Virus record (IMG/VR): IMGVR_UViG_3300020045_008916
Coordinates: 1 to 64,000 of that record
Direction: 5' to 3' (one strand)
DNA length: 64,000 bases
From: a virus
Lineage: Duplodnaviria > Caudoviricetes
The translations under genes and the position numbers were made by a program. The notes under the pieces are model-generated. The model was not told where the DNA came from, ran no database searches, and saw only the letters and a program-made list of their open reading frames with translations. The stretch's first letter is position 1. Each line of letters opens with the position of its first letter. Below are positions 9,949 to 19,826 of the stretch, in pieces.

Positions 9949-10785
9949 ATGGCAATAACATTAAGACAGGATAAGGGTTCCCCACTTACACATGCCGAGT
10001 TAGATGACAACTTCGTAACCTTAGAGGACGAGGTAGACAGTAAGCTTGATATTGGTGCGATAACCAATAAACCGTTGGTGAGTCCGACGATAACCCCTGC
10101 TTGGACACTTTACAAGGCCGATGGAACTACACCCTATACGCCCCCAACCTCAACAGATAAGAACATACTAGTTGATAATGGTGTAAAAGCCAATCTATCT
10201 GCTACGTACAAATATCCAGTACCGACAGCTGACCAATCGGCACCCACAAGTGTTTCGGGTTCTTTTGGAACAACTCTACCAGCAGCTGATGTTAACTCAC
10301 CTACTTTGGTGATACAGACGATTACAAGCCCTACAACGGTAAGCACTACCTTGGCCAAGCCTAAGACAGGTCTTCCAGTAGTTGATGGCTTCGTGACACT
10401 ACCTACAGGCTCAGAAACGAAAAGTGATAGTGTAAGCATTTCCTTTGCAAGCAGAATGTACCTAATCAACTCTACGAACGGAAACTTATCTGGTACAGAT
10501 ATCTCTAACATTATAGGAGGTTTGGCTTCTGAATACAGCAAGTTACAAAATGGTGTGAATGCTACGTTCAACAACGTTACGAGCGGAGGAAGCGGATATA
10601 CCTACCTTATTTCGGAGGGTACAATCACTCAGGTATTTCAGAACGATGTTCTCCCAGTAATAGGGGCTTTTACCTATCTTGGTAATGTGGATATTACAAA
10701 TCCTGCGGGAGCTACCGTTACGGTAAGAAGAATTAGAACCAACGATACAGGTTCATTTAACAGTGTAAAATTAACAACCCAATAA
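9949..10785 (+). CDS. Tail/baseplate structural protein
   Basis: N-terminal LRQDKGSPLTHAELDDNF motif seen at the start of phage tail proteins; Thr-rich beta content. Confidence 0.6.
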   Translation: MAITLRQDKGSPLTHAELDDNFVTLEDEVDSKLDIGAITNKPLVSPTITPAWTLYKADGTTPYTPPTSTDKNILVDNGVKANLSATYKYPVPTADQSAPTSVSGSFGTTLPAADVNSPTLVIQTITSPTTVSTTLAKPKTGLPVVDGFVTLPTGSETKSDSVSISFASRMYLINSTNGNLSGTDISNIIGGLASEYSKLQNGVNATFNNVTSGGSGYTYLISEGTITQVFQNDVLPVIGAFTYLGNVDITNPAGATVTVRRIRTNDTGSFNSVKLTTQ

Positions 10786-10786
10786 T

Positions 10787-13700
10787 ATGCCATTAGAATA
10801 TCCAGATATTTTGACAAGAGCTAACGACTCTCTGCCAATAGTAGACAGCGAAGATGTCAAGGGAGCTGACAGGGCTGTAGCTACTCTTGCTGAGATGTAT
10901 GCACTTTCTTCCCAAATAGGCAAGCTCACACTTAACGTAACAAAAGTTTACGTAACAACTACGGGAGATACCTACTTGCTCAGAGACTTGGCGCAAATCA
11001 CCAGTTCGGCAGGTTGGGAGCTAATACCTTTCCTAGATGAAGCTCAAGTACAGACTATTGCAGATGCTGCGTTTCAGGCTGGACTGCCTGAAATAGCTGA
11101 TATGATTGCAGCAGCTTTGGCACTCGGTGCCGTACCTAGAAAAGTGCCTTCAACAACTTTGGGAGCACCATCGGAACCTAAACTATATTTTGCCACGCCA
11201 GATACTTATAGCCTATACGCAGGGGAAGATATAGAAACAGTAACTGTGGAAGCCCCTTTGACCATCTTTTTATGGGATGGCACTACATGGGACTATATAG
11301 AAATTCCAATCGAGGTAGACCTTTCTGGGGTGCGCTTAAAATCAGAATTGATTAAGACCAGCGATACTGACTTTTTTGTAAGGGGAAAAAATCTTTTTAA
11401 TAAAGATAGTCAAGATAATCTTATGGGTTATTTTCTTTTAGATGATGGTACTCAGGTTGCAAACGGTTCTTTTTTTATAAGCCACGAAATAGATGTAAAT
11501 CAGAACACACAATACTCATTTTTGAACTTTGATACAGGTGGCGCATACAACGTATACTTGAACGAAGCTCACGAGGTAATAGGTGGTTTTCAAACAAACC
11601 CAACAACCACACCTACAGGTACGAAGTATGTAAAAATGAGCGGTGTTATTTCCAAGCTTGCTACTCAACAGTTTGAATTAGGAGCCACAAATACAGCTTA
11701 TGAAGATTATAAGGAGTCTTTAAATCCTTCTAACTTGACAGTTCCTGTAACCAACACTATTGCAAGAGCAAACACAACTACCGCTGTAACTGGTAATGCT
11801 GTTTTACAAGCACTAGCCTACAAGCTGGACAAAACTGTAGGAAAGAACAAGTTCAACCCCAACGACCCTGAAATTATAGTTGAAAAGTTTATCCAAGATA
11901 CAGGAGAGTACATTACCAACTCAGCTTTTAACATAACAGCCCCAATACCTATTGGTACAGGACAAACACTGCGGGCAAACTACAGTTCGGGAGGGTTTAG
12001 ACATGCTCTTTATAATGAAAAAAATCAGATAATATACATATCAGCCAGTGGGGTAAGCTCTTTAACACACCAGACGGGGGCTGTATATGCTAGGTTTACC
12101 TACAGCGTATCCGAGCCTAACGTACAGATAGAGTTGGGAAGCACAATAACTGGTTATACACCTTACGAAGTCTCGATACCTAATCTTAAACTCATAGTAC
12201 GTAATATTGTAGAGGCTCTTAACAATACGATACCTGTTACAGGCTTTGCCGTTGATAGGTCACTTGGTGACAAGCTGGACAAAACTGTAGGAAAGAACAA
12301 GTTCAACCCCAACGACTCGGGTATAATTGCAAATGCCTATATACAAGACGGGGTGTTATATACAAATGCCAATCCTGACTTTCACTTATCAGTTACAGGG
12401 TATATCCCTATTTCTTCAGGACAGACTTTAAAGGGGAATTTTTCTCTGGGTGGAGATGTTGACGCTGCTCTATTTGATGTCAATGGCAACATTATGCCTA
12501 GTACTTCTGTAAACAGTAATAGCATTACACACCAGACGGGGGCTGTATATGCTAGGTTTACCTACCAGAACACGTTTGTAAATATGCAAATTGAAATAGG
12601 TAGTGTGTCTACAGTATACGAGAAGTATACAAGCAGTACTGTAATAGATAAAAAGTTAGATGTGGTTGTAGGGAAGAACAAGTATAATGTTAACGACCCA
12701 GATGTCATCGAAAATGCCTATATAAATGATATTGGCCAGATTGTTACAGGGTTGCCACCAGATTACAATATCGATGTTTCTGGTTTTATACCTATCGCAA
12801 ACGGTCAGACCCTTAAAGCTAATTATGCAAAAGGAAACACATATCAGGCACTTTATGATAATAATAAAAACTACATATCTGGGAGTGCTACAGATGAAGT
12901 CTCTATAACAGGTACAAGTGCCTCTGCATACGCCCGTTTTTCGACCACGGGTACTAATCCTGTACAGATTGAGACAGGAACCATATCTACAGTGTATGCA
13001 CCTTACACTACATTAGGATTTTTAGAGAGCCTTACACCCTTTGTCCCCGACTATCCGATAGAGAGTGTGCTGCCAAACAAATTGTATTTTGCCAAAAATA
13101 AACCTTTGAGCTTTTACCACGAGAATATAATCTTTAAAGGCATAGATGACCCTACAAAGCCACACTTTAGTCTAGGTACCAACTACACCAGACAGACTGT
13201 TTTCGGATTTACAGAAGCACAGGGAGAAACAACCTTAAACCTAGAGCTTGCCAGAAACCTTAAAAAAGTAGAACAAAAAAGTTATAAATTTGAAGTTGTA
13301 GATGGTGCCAATAATAGTGGCAAAACAGTGGTATGGCTTGCAGTTGGTGATAGTTTTACAGATATTAGAGATTACATTTCAGAACTAAAAAACCAATTGA
13401 CAGCTGATGGAGCCAATGTTACTTTGATAGGTACAACTGGAACTCAAGCCATTAGAGCAGAAGGGCTGAGTGGTGGGACTCTGGCTAACACTTTCTTGAA
13501 TGCGAGTTCTGGTAGTGCTAGACTAGTGACCACCACCGATTTAACACTTAGGCCAGATACGGGATTTCCTGGCGCAGAATACAAAGATACTAATAATAAT
13601 GTATTTTTGGTAAGAGGTACTGGAAATGTAGTGGGAGGAGTTTCTAAGGTTATCGTAACCAGATTTGGAGCGGTAGATAGTGATTTTGCAACTTTTCCCC

Positions 13701-14317
13701 CATCAGGAACACTTACAAAAGTGCAGCCAGAAAGAGAGGGACAGGATGTGATTACCTACTCGGGAGCAATAGCTGGATACTTTAATCCATTCATTAATCC
13801 TAGTACTGGCAATTTGGACATTACAAACTATATCAGTTACTACGGTTTCGCTGCGCCCACACTAGTTAGTTTCCAATTCACTTGGAACGACTTACCTGAC
13901 TGGGCAAATGTGGCACAGATTACGGAATTAGTCGCTAATTTTAAATTGGCAGTAGACCACGTTCATAGTGCATTCCCTTTGGCTAAGATTATTTTGTCGG
14001 TGGAACCATTTGGAGCTTATGGAGGTAATAGTACAAATATCAATCAGAATGGTAAAAAATACTCTGTCCTTATGTTTGTAAAAGCTCTTCTTGCAATGTT
14101 TGAGCAAAATACCACCTATGATGCCTTTGTAAAAATTGCACCTTCATATGCAGGAGTGGATTTGGTAAATGCTTACTCTACAACGAGTGTGGCACCGAAC
14201 GCTAACAGATTTCCAACCATAACCGAACGGTCTGGGGGAGATGGTGTTCACCCTTATGGTATTGGAATGCTACAGATAGCAGATGTAATGTACCCTATTG
14301 CAACAAAGTTAATATAA
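10787..14317 (+). CDS. Tail spike/fibre with repeated beta-sandwich domains and a C-terminal SGNH/GDSL esterase
   Basis: GDS(FT) nucleophile block, GLSGG oxyanion block and DGVHP catalytic block; four GKN(L/K)(F/Y)N-starting repeat units. Confidence 0.8.
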   Translation: MPLEYPDILTRANDSLPIVDSEDVKGADRAVATLAEMYALSSQIGKLTLNVTKVYVTTTGDTYLLRDLAQITSSAGWELIPFLDEAQVQTIADAAFQAGLPEIADMIAAALALGAVPRKVPSTTLGAPSEPKLYFATPDTYSLYAGEDIETVTVEAPLTIFLWDGTTWDYIEIPIEVDLSGVRLKSELIKTSDTDFFVRGKNLFNKDSQDNLMGYFLLDDGTQVANGSFFISHEIDVNQNTQYSFLNFDTGGAYNVYLNEAHEVIGGFQTNPTTTPTGTKYVKMSGVISKLATQQFELGATNTAYEDYKESLNPSNLTVPVTNTIARANTTTAVTGNAVLQALAYKLDKTVGKNKFNPNDPEIIVEKFIQDTGEYITNSAFNITAPIPIGTGQTLRANYSSGGFRHALYNEKNQIIYISASGVSSLTHQTGAVYARFTYSVSEPNVQIELGSTITGYTPYEVSIPNLKLIVRNIVEALNNTIPVTGFAVDRSLGDKLDKTVGKNKFNPNDSGIIANAYIQDGVLYTNANPDFHLSVTGYIPISSGQTLKGNFSLGGDVDAALFDVNGNIMPSTSVNSNSITHQTGAVYARFTYQNTFVNMQIEIGSVSTVYEKYTSSTVIDKKLDVVVGKNKYNVNDPDVIENAYINDIGQIVTGLPPDYNIDVSGFIPIANGQTLKANYAKGNTYQALYDNNKNYISGSATDEVSITGTSASAYARFSTTGTNPVQIETGTISTVYAPYTTLGFLESLTPFVPDYPIESVLPNKLYFAKNKPLSFYHENIIFKGIDDPTKPHFSLGTNYTRQTVFGFTEAQGETTLNLELARNLKKVEQKSYKFEVVDGANNSGKTVVWLAVGDSFTDIRDYISELKNQLTADGANVTLIGTTGTQAIRAEGLSGGTLANTFLNASSGSARLVTTTDLTLRPDTGFPGAEYKDTNNNVFLVRGTGNVVGGVSKVIVTRFGAVDSDFATFPPSGTLTKVQPEREGQDVITYSGAIAGYFNPFINPSTGNLDITNYISYYGFAAPTLVSFQFTWNDLPDWANVAQITELVANFKLAVDHVHSAFPLAKIILSVEPFGAYGGNSTNINQNGKKYSVLMFVKALLAMFEQNTTYDAFVKIAPSYAGVDLVNAYSTTSVAPNANRFPTITERSGGDGVHPYGIGMLQIADVMYPIATKLI
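11820..12565 (+). repeat. Two pairs of perfect direct repeats (47 bp and 39 bp) inside the tail spike repeat units
   Basis: 11820-11866 = 12270-12316 and 12065-12103 = 12527-12565. Confidence 0.85.
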
Positions 14318-14327
14318 AAAAACAATT

Positions 14328-14993
14328 ATGGCATTAGATATTAGTAAAATCATACAATATCCTGCACCAGAAAGCGAATATCACAGGGTTGAATACCCCA
14401 AATCACAAGTAGTCATACATCATACCGCTTCGGGAGGAAACTCTCGGGGCGATATTGATTACCTAAACAAACTTGCTGGTAAGGTTCACGTAGCTTTCTG
14501 GATTGACAGGGATGGCCAGATATGGCAAGCATTCAGCAGCAAATATTACGCTCCGCACTTGGGCACGCCAGCTTCTACATTTAAAAAGTTTGGAGTGAAC
14601 AATACAATTGAAGATATCCATAAACACTCGATAGGCATTGAGCTTGATAGTTGGGGATGGCTAACGCTTAAAGATGGCAAATACTACTCCTATACAGGAG
14701 AGACTGTAAAACCAGAGAACGTTGTCACCTTCCCTAAAGGTTTCAGAGGCTACAAATACTATGAAAGGTATACAGATGCCCAGATAGCAGCCCTAAAAAA
14801 TTTGCTAATCTATCTTTGCAACACCTACAAAATCTCCAAAAAATACAACAGTGATATGTGGGATGTTTCAGCCAATGCCTTGAGAGGTCAGAATGGTATT
14901 TACGCCCACGTAAGTTACCGTGAAAGTGGAAAATGGGATGCGGCACCCGAAGAGCACCTTATACAGATGCTGGAAAATTTAGAAAAATCTTAA
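14328..14993 (+). CDS. N-acetylmuramoyl-L-alanine amidase endolysin (Amidase_2)
   Basis: VIHHTASG, SIGIEL, YAH and DAAP zinc-amidase motifs. Confidence 0.85.
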   Translation: MALDISKIIQYPAPESEYHRVEYPKSQVVIHHTASGGNSRGDIDYLNKLAGKVHVAFWIDRDGQIWQAFSSKYYAPHLGTPASTFKKFGVNNTIEDIHKHSIGIELDSWGWLTLKDGKYYSYTGETVKPENVVTFPKGFRGYKYYERYTDAQIAALKNLLIYLCNTYKISKKYNSDMWDVSANALRGQNGIYAHVSYRESGKWDAAPEEHLIQMLENLEKS

Positions 14994-14994
14994 T

Positions 14995-16590
14995 ATGGGA
15001 AGAAAAACAGATAAAAAACACTATGAACAGGAGAATGTTGATTTTGTGGTGAAATTGGTTGATGAAGGAGTCTCAGCTAGAAAAGCCACAAGAGAAATGT
15101 GCAAGCATTTTGGACTTGAATGTGATGAGGTGGTAGAAAGAGCTTTCAGACAGCGTATTGCTAATCTTAATAAGTCAAAAGCCCCTAACACGCTGGAAAA
15201 TTCAGACGAGTTCAAAAAAGCTAGAGAAAAACAGTTCGATACTACTAAAAAACGCTTCATTATATCGTGGGCACAGGCCGATACGAAAATCCATGAACAG
15301 TTTCTGGAAAATATTGAGGCATACGCTGAAGATATTGATGCAGAAATTTTGATTATTGCGGGAAGGTATAAATCTCCTACAAGTTTGGAGGCAAGCAAGG
15401 CTCAGGAGAAAAAGGATAAGAACAAGAACTTTTGGGATGTAAACGTTACGAAATACTTGACAGCTACTCGTCAGAATTTGCATGAGTATTTGTCAGTACT
15501 AGCAGAGTTGAAGATACAGCCAACTGCATCTACACCTTTGAGCGGGTTGAATGGCATGTCAGGATTGGAAAGCTGTATTATTGGTTCGCCCTCAGTTCAC
15601 CTAAAATCTCTTCCAGTTCTTCCAAACTATCCGAAAAAGCTTTTACTAACAACAGGAGCTGTAACATTACCAAACTATACAGATACTAAGGCGGGTAAAA
15701 AAGGGGAGTTTCATCATCAGCTTGGGTTTGTGATAGTTGAACTTGATGAGGATATATTCCACATGAGACAAGTACAGTGTGATGATAATGGAACTTTCTA
15801 TGATTTGATTTATAAAGTAAAAAACGGAGTGGTTTCAGTATATCACAAACAATGCCCTGCAATAGTATTTGGAGATTTGCACTTAGGAGAAGAAGACTCT
15901 GAAGTAGTAGAAGCTGCCTTTTCTCTTGTAGATAGGATTGGTGCTGAGAAGATTATTTTGCACGATGTATTTTCAGGCTATTCAGTATCACATCATGAAT
16001 TGAACAACCCTTTCATTTTAGCACAAAGAGAGTTAGATAATTCTTGGAAATTGGCAGAAGAGTTGGATTATATGGTACAGTGGTTTTTAGACAGACCTCA
16101 GTACAATTTTGTATCTGTAGCCAGCAACCACAATACGTTTATCGATAGATGGTTAATGTCAAACGATTGGCGTAAAAGCCCTAACAAGAATAAGTACTTG
16201 GAATTAGCCTACACAGTTTCTCAAGGGAAGGCTCCTAAAGGCATTATTCCCTACTTGTTGGACAATAACACCTCTAACGTAATATCGTTGAGCTACGACG
16301 ACTCCTTTAGGGTGAAAAGCTGGGAATTGGGTATTCATGGATGCCACGGTACAAATGGGAGCAGGGGAAGTATTTCTCAGTACAAGAATTTGAATACAAA
16401 AACAATTGTTGCACACTCGCACACACCAGCTAGAGAGTTAGGTTCCGTACAGGTAGGTACTTTTACAAAATTGAAACTTAACTACGTTTCAGGACTTTCA
16501 TCTTGGTTAGCTTCAATGGCTATTGTTTATCCAAATGAAAAGGTTTCTCAAATTCACATTTTAAACGGAAAATTTACAACACTATTTTAA
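14995..16590 (+). CDS. Calcineurin-like metallophosphoesterase with an N-terminal HTH-like region
   Basis: FGDLHLG, HDVFSG, SNHN, HGCHG and AHSHT motifs. Confidence 0.75.
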   Translation: MGRKTDKKHYEQENVDFVVKLVDEGVSARKATREMCKHFGLECDEVVERAFRQRIANLNKSKAPNTLENSDEFKKAREKQFDTTKKRFIISWAQADTKIHEQFLENIEAYAEDIDAEILIIAGRYKSPTSLEASKAQEKKDKNKNFWDVNVTKYLTATRQNLHEYLSVLAELKIQPTASTPLSGLNGMSGLESCIIGSPSVHLKSLPVLPNYPKKLLLTTGAVTLPNYTDTKAGKKGEFHHQLGFVIVELDEDIFHMRQVQCDDNGTFYDLIYKVKNGVVSVYHKQCPAIVFGDLHLGEEDSEVVEAAFSLVDRIGAEKIILHDVFSGYSVSHHELNNPFILAQRELDNSWKLAEELDYMVQWFLDRPQYNFVSVASNHNTFIDRWLMSNDWRKSPNKNKYLELAYTVSQGKAPKGIIPYLLDNNTSNVISLSYDDSFRVKSWELGIHGCHGTNGSRGSISQYKNLNTKTIVAHSHTPARELGSVQVGTFTKLKLNYVSGLSSWLASMAIVYPNEKVSQIHILNGKFTTLF

Positions 16591-16591
16591 T

Positions 16592-16996
16592 ATGATTACA
16601 CAATATGAAGAACAAATAAAAACAACTCCTTTAGATACCACTAGCAACCCCTTACCAGAAGGAGCCAGAGAATTTAGTACAGGCTCTAGGCGTGATGCAG
16701 CAGACGATAAGCCTCTTGTTAATCATTTAGATGCTTATTTAAGATTACGATTTGGCTATGTGTTGCTGGAAGGTGGTAAAAAGTACGGTAAGGGGAATTG
16801 GCGGTTAGGCCAACCTACAGAAACAGCTTTGGAAAGTCTTCACAGACACTTAGCCAAATGGGAGTTAAATTATCAAAATGGTGTAGAACAAGACGAAGAC
16901 CATTTAATAAATATGGTATTCAACATCATGATGATATTAAAAAATGAGGAGCGGGAAGGTATTCCTGTTGACCATTATGCAGGTAAATTAAAATAA
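16592..16996 (+). CDS. dATP/dGTP diphosphohydrolase (DUF5664-like)
   Basis: FSTGSRRD, GGKKYGKGNWRLG, SLHRHL and EDHL motifs. Confidence 0.8.
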   Translation: MITQYEEQIKTTPLDTTSNPLPEGAREFSTGSRRDAADDKPLVNHLDAYLRLRFGYVLLEGGKKYGKGNWRLGQPTETALESLHRHLAKWELNYQNGVEQDEDHLINMVFNIMMILKNEEREGIPVDHYAGKLK

Positions 16997-16998
16997 CC

Positions 16999-17346
16999 AT
17001 GAAAGACAAGGTTAAAGAAATTTTGAAAACTCTTGGAGTGGCAGAAGAAAACCTTGACAAGGGAGTTACCATGATAGTAAAAGCCGTAGAGTCGTTTGCT
17101 GAAAGTGTAGAAGATAGAAAATTAAACTTTAAAAAGGAACTGGCCAGCAACAAAGCAGATTATTCTGTAGAGATGCTGAAAAAATTTTGGGATTATTGGA
17201 CTGAGATTTCTCCTAACGGCAAACGGCTCCGATTTGAGAAAGAAAAAGCTTTTGACATGAAGAAGCGACTAAAAACATGGCAAGCAAGAAGCAAGGCCTA
17301 CACTATAGTAGGAATGTTAAACGCTAAGAAGGAGTATGGAAAATAG
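16999..17346 (+). CDS. Replication initiator/helicase-loader-like protein
   Basis: FWDYWTE...RLRFEKEKAFDMKKRLKTW domain typical of Bacteroidota phage replication proteins; upstream of the helicase. Confidence 0.6.
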   Translation: MKDKVKEILKTLGVAEENLDKGVTMIVKAVESFAESVEDRKLNFKKELASNKADYSVEMLKKFWDYWTEISPNGKRLRFEKEKAFDMKKRLKTWQARSKAYTIVGMLNAKKEYGK

Positions 17347-17349
17347 ACT

Positions 17350-18471
17350 ATGGTTAAAAATTATCACAGAGCCTTTGAAGACCCAGAGGCTCTTTTAAAC
17401 AGCAGGAATACGGCATTTAAAAAAGGAACGCCTACAGGATTTCATCTGTTAGACCAGATAGCTTCCTTTGTACCTTGCCACACTACGGTTATCTATGCAC
17501 CACCACATGTGGGTAAGTCGGTAATCACACTTGATATTCTTGTAGGTATAGCTGAACGGGAGGGTAAGAAAATAGCAATCTACTCTCCCGAATTTAGAAG
17601 GAAAGAAGAGCTTTTCCAATCTTTAATACAGACTAGGCTGTCAACCGCAATGTATGGTGAGAAAGCTGATACGATTACTGACGAGGAGTTTCTAGAAGCC
17701 GCTAAATTTGTAGATGAGCACTTTGTTGTATTGTCAAAACCTAAACGGTTGAAAGATGACACTCAGGAAAAGATGACTCTCAGGAAAATCTATGGTCTTG
17801 TTAAGGAAGCTCAGGACGATTATGGCTGGAAATTTGATTTCTTGCTGATTGACCCTGCAAACTTTATTGACAAATCACAAAAAGAGTCCACCATGCAATT
17901 ACAGGACTATGTATTAGACCTTAACGATATGATGGCAGAATTTTCTGAGGCTTTGAACCTACATACGATTGTAACAGCCCACACAAGGGATATGGAACTT
18001 ATTAGAGATACCGATACTGGTATTACTTACTATCCGTATCCTCACCCTAGCCAGATTATGAATGGTCAGTCGTGGTTTAGAGCTTCTTATCAGATTATAG
18101 CGTATTGGAGAGCTCCTGCGGGTGTTATCGACAAAGAAACAGCAATGCCCTATCCAGAGAATGCTACTGAAATTCTTGTACAAAAAAGCAAGCCGTTTGG
18201 ATGTGGAAAGCTGGGCAAGATTAGAATATTCTTTGACCCTTTAAGGCACAGGATGTATGAAGAGATTGATGGTCAGAAATATTACGTCAACGACTACTAC
18301 AAGAAACATCCAGCCAAGGTTGAAGTAAAAGCTAACAGTCAAAAACAGACCACTAACAAAAAGTTAGTGCCTCAGAATGATAGTGGAAGCGCATTAAGGC
18401 CTAGCACTGCATTCGATACGCCAGCTAAACAAGAAGTAAATATTGAAGAAGAAATGTCAAATTGGATATAA
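17350..18471 (+). CDS. dnaB: DnaB-like replicative helicase
   Basis: Walker A YAPPHVGKS, Walker B LLIDP, QKSKP arginine-finger region. Confidence 0.75.
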   Translation: MVKNYHRAFEDPEALLNSRNTAFKKGTPTGFHLLDQIASFVPCHTTVIYAPPHVGKSVITLDILVGIAEREGKKIAIYSPEFRRKEELFQSLIQTRLSTAMYGEKADTITDEEFLEAAKFVDEHFVVLSKPKRLKDDTQEKMTLRKIYGLVKEAQDDYGWKFDFLLIDPANFIDKSQKESTMQLQDYVLDLNDMMAEFSEALNLHTIVTAHTRDMELIRDTDTGITYYPYPHPSQIMNGQSWFRASYQIIAYWRAPAGVIDKETAMPYPENATEILVQKSKPFGCGKLGKIRIFFDPLRHRMYEEIDGQKYYVNDYYKKHPAKVEVKANSQKQTTNKKLVPQNDSGSALRPSTAFDTPAKQEVNIEEEMSNWI

Positions 18472-19563
18472 ATGGGAAAGATTAAACGAATAAAATGGAA
18501 AGATGGTGATTTCAGTGAATGGGAAAATCAGAGAAAGGAGATGGAAGGTGTTGGCCTTGACTATGATTATGTTAGGATAGGTGCCTCTGATATTTCGGTA
18601 GTAACTGGAACAAATCGCTGGAAAGAAAAGCGTAGATTGTTTATGCACCTTACTGGTGAGTATTCCAACTTTCAACTCTCTGAAACAACTGTCTCAGGCC
18701 ATCTTCTTGAAGAAGTGATAGTTAAGAGGTGGGAAAGTTATGATAAAGATGACCAGCAAGCGGGATTAACAAACACGCTAAGAGGTATAAAAGTCAGGAA
18801 CCTAGAGAAAGCAAGATTTTTCCTGCTCAACTCAGACTACCCAGACTTCTTTATCTCGCTAGACTACATACCAGATGGAGAACAGTACTCACCGTTTACG
18901 GGAGAGCTTTATCACGAGCTTACACCACACGAATTAAAGCACACAAACTACAACTACTTCTGCCAATGGGAGAACGGTATCACTAAGGCCTATTATGACC
19001 AGATACAGACCCAAATGCTTTTGACCAATACAGATTTAGCTGTGTTCCACGTACTTGTTGATGGGGTTAAATACCACGTTAAGGAGTTTGCAAGAGACCA
19101 GAAAAGGATAGATGAGATTGTAGCTGAAGTGAAAGCGTTTTGCAAGCTTGTGAGGGACGGTAAGGATGCCTATCGTGGAATGCTGACAGCACCTACAGAG
19201 GAAATGAGAGAAGCTTTCAAGAATATCTATGAGAATATGCTTCCACCTTTTGAAGGGATGAAAGATGGGGTAGCTCTTGCAGATGAACTGTGGCTACCAT
19301 CAGAGGCAATTGATAAAGATGTAAACTTTAAAATCGCCAGCAAGAAAGAAGACCAGATGATGCACGACTACTATAGTATGCTGCGGTTAGAGGAGCAAGT
19401 GTGTACTAACAAACAAATGTTACAGGCCACCTTGAAAACAGCGTCAAGCAAATGGGAGGGTATTAAATCAGACCGATACAAATTAATAAGTAGAGGCATC
19501 AACTCAGTGAAAGGTAAATATTTTTCAATTAAACCGATTAAAGAAAAAGCACCAAAGAAATAA
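18472..19563 (+). CDS. YqaJ/lambda-exonuclease-family recombination nuclease
   Basis: RIGASD, GHLLE, SLD, ELK and QIQTQM motifs. Confidence 0.75.
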   Translation: MGKIKRIKWKDGDFSEWENQRKEMEGVGLDYDYVRIGASDISVVTGTNRWKEKRRLFMHLTGEYSNFQLSETTVSGHLLEEVIVKRWESYDKDDQQAGLTNTLRGIKVRNLEKARFFLLNSDYPDFFISLDYIPDGEQYSPFTGELYHELTPHELKHTNYNYFCQWENGITKAYYDQIQTQMLLTNTDLAVFHVLVDGVKYHVKEFARDQKRIDEIVAEVKAFCKLVRDGKDAYRGMLTAPTEEMREAFKNIYENMLPPFEGMKDGVALADELWLPSEAIDKDVNFKIASKKEDQMMHDYYSMLRLEEQVCTNKQMLQATLKTASSKWEGIKSDRYKLISRGINSVKGKYFSIKPIKEKAPKK

Positions 19564-19564
19564 T

Positions 19565-19825
19565 ATGAAAAAACAAACAGCACCAAAAGCACCAGCAAAG
19601 CCAAAATTAGTACCAGTAAAGAGAATTAAAGAAGTATCGGACAGTTTGGCAATGTCTGGTCTAGCCAAAACAAAACTAGCTAGTGACCTATCAAAAAGAA
19701 AAACCCCAGCATCAGAAAAATTAGCTAAAGAGTTCAAGTCAGGAGCTAAGAGTGATTTAGATAGAGCAGTAAGATACGATAATATTCAAAAACAGGCTGT
19801 TAACAAAGCAAAGAAAAAGAAATAG
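19565..19825 (+). CDS. Small basic hypothetical protein
   Basis: Lys-rich ORF in operon. Confidence 0.5.
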   Translation: MKKQTAPKAPAKPKLVPVKRIKEVSDSLAMSGLAKTKLASDLSKRKTPASEKLAKEFKSGAKSDLDRAVRYDNIQKQAVNKAKKKK

Positions 19826-19826
19826 T

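Noticed and set aside
7053-14317. Diversity-generating retroelement acting on tail fibres
   Set aside because: No reverse transcriptase and no template/variable repeat pair differing only at adenines; the repeats found are exact
14995-16996. Z-genome (2-aminoadenine) pathway
   Set aside because: Only a diphosphohydrolase is visible; no PurZ-like synthase in the window
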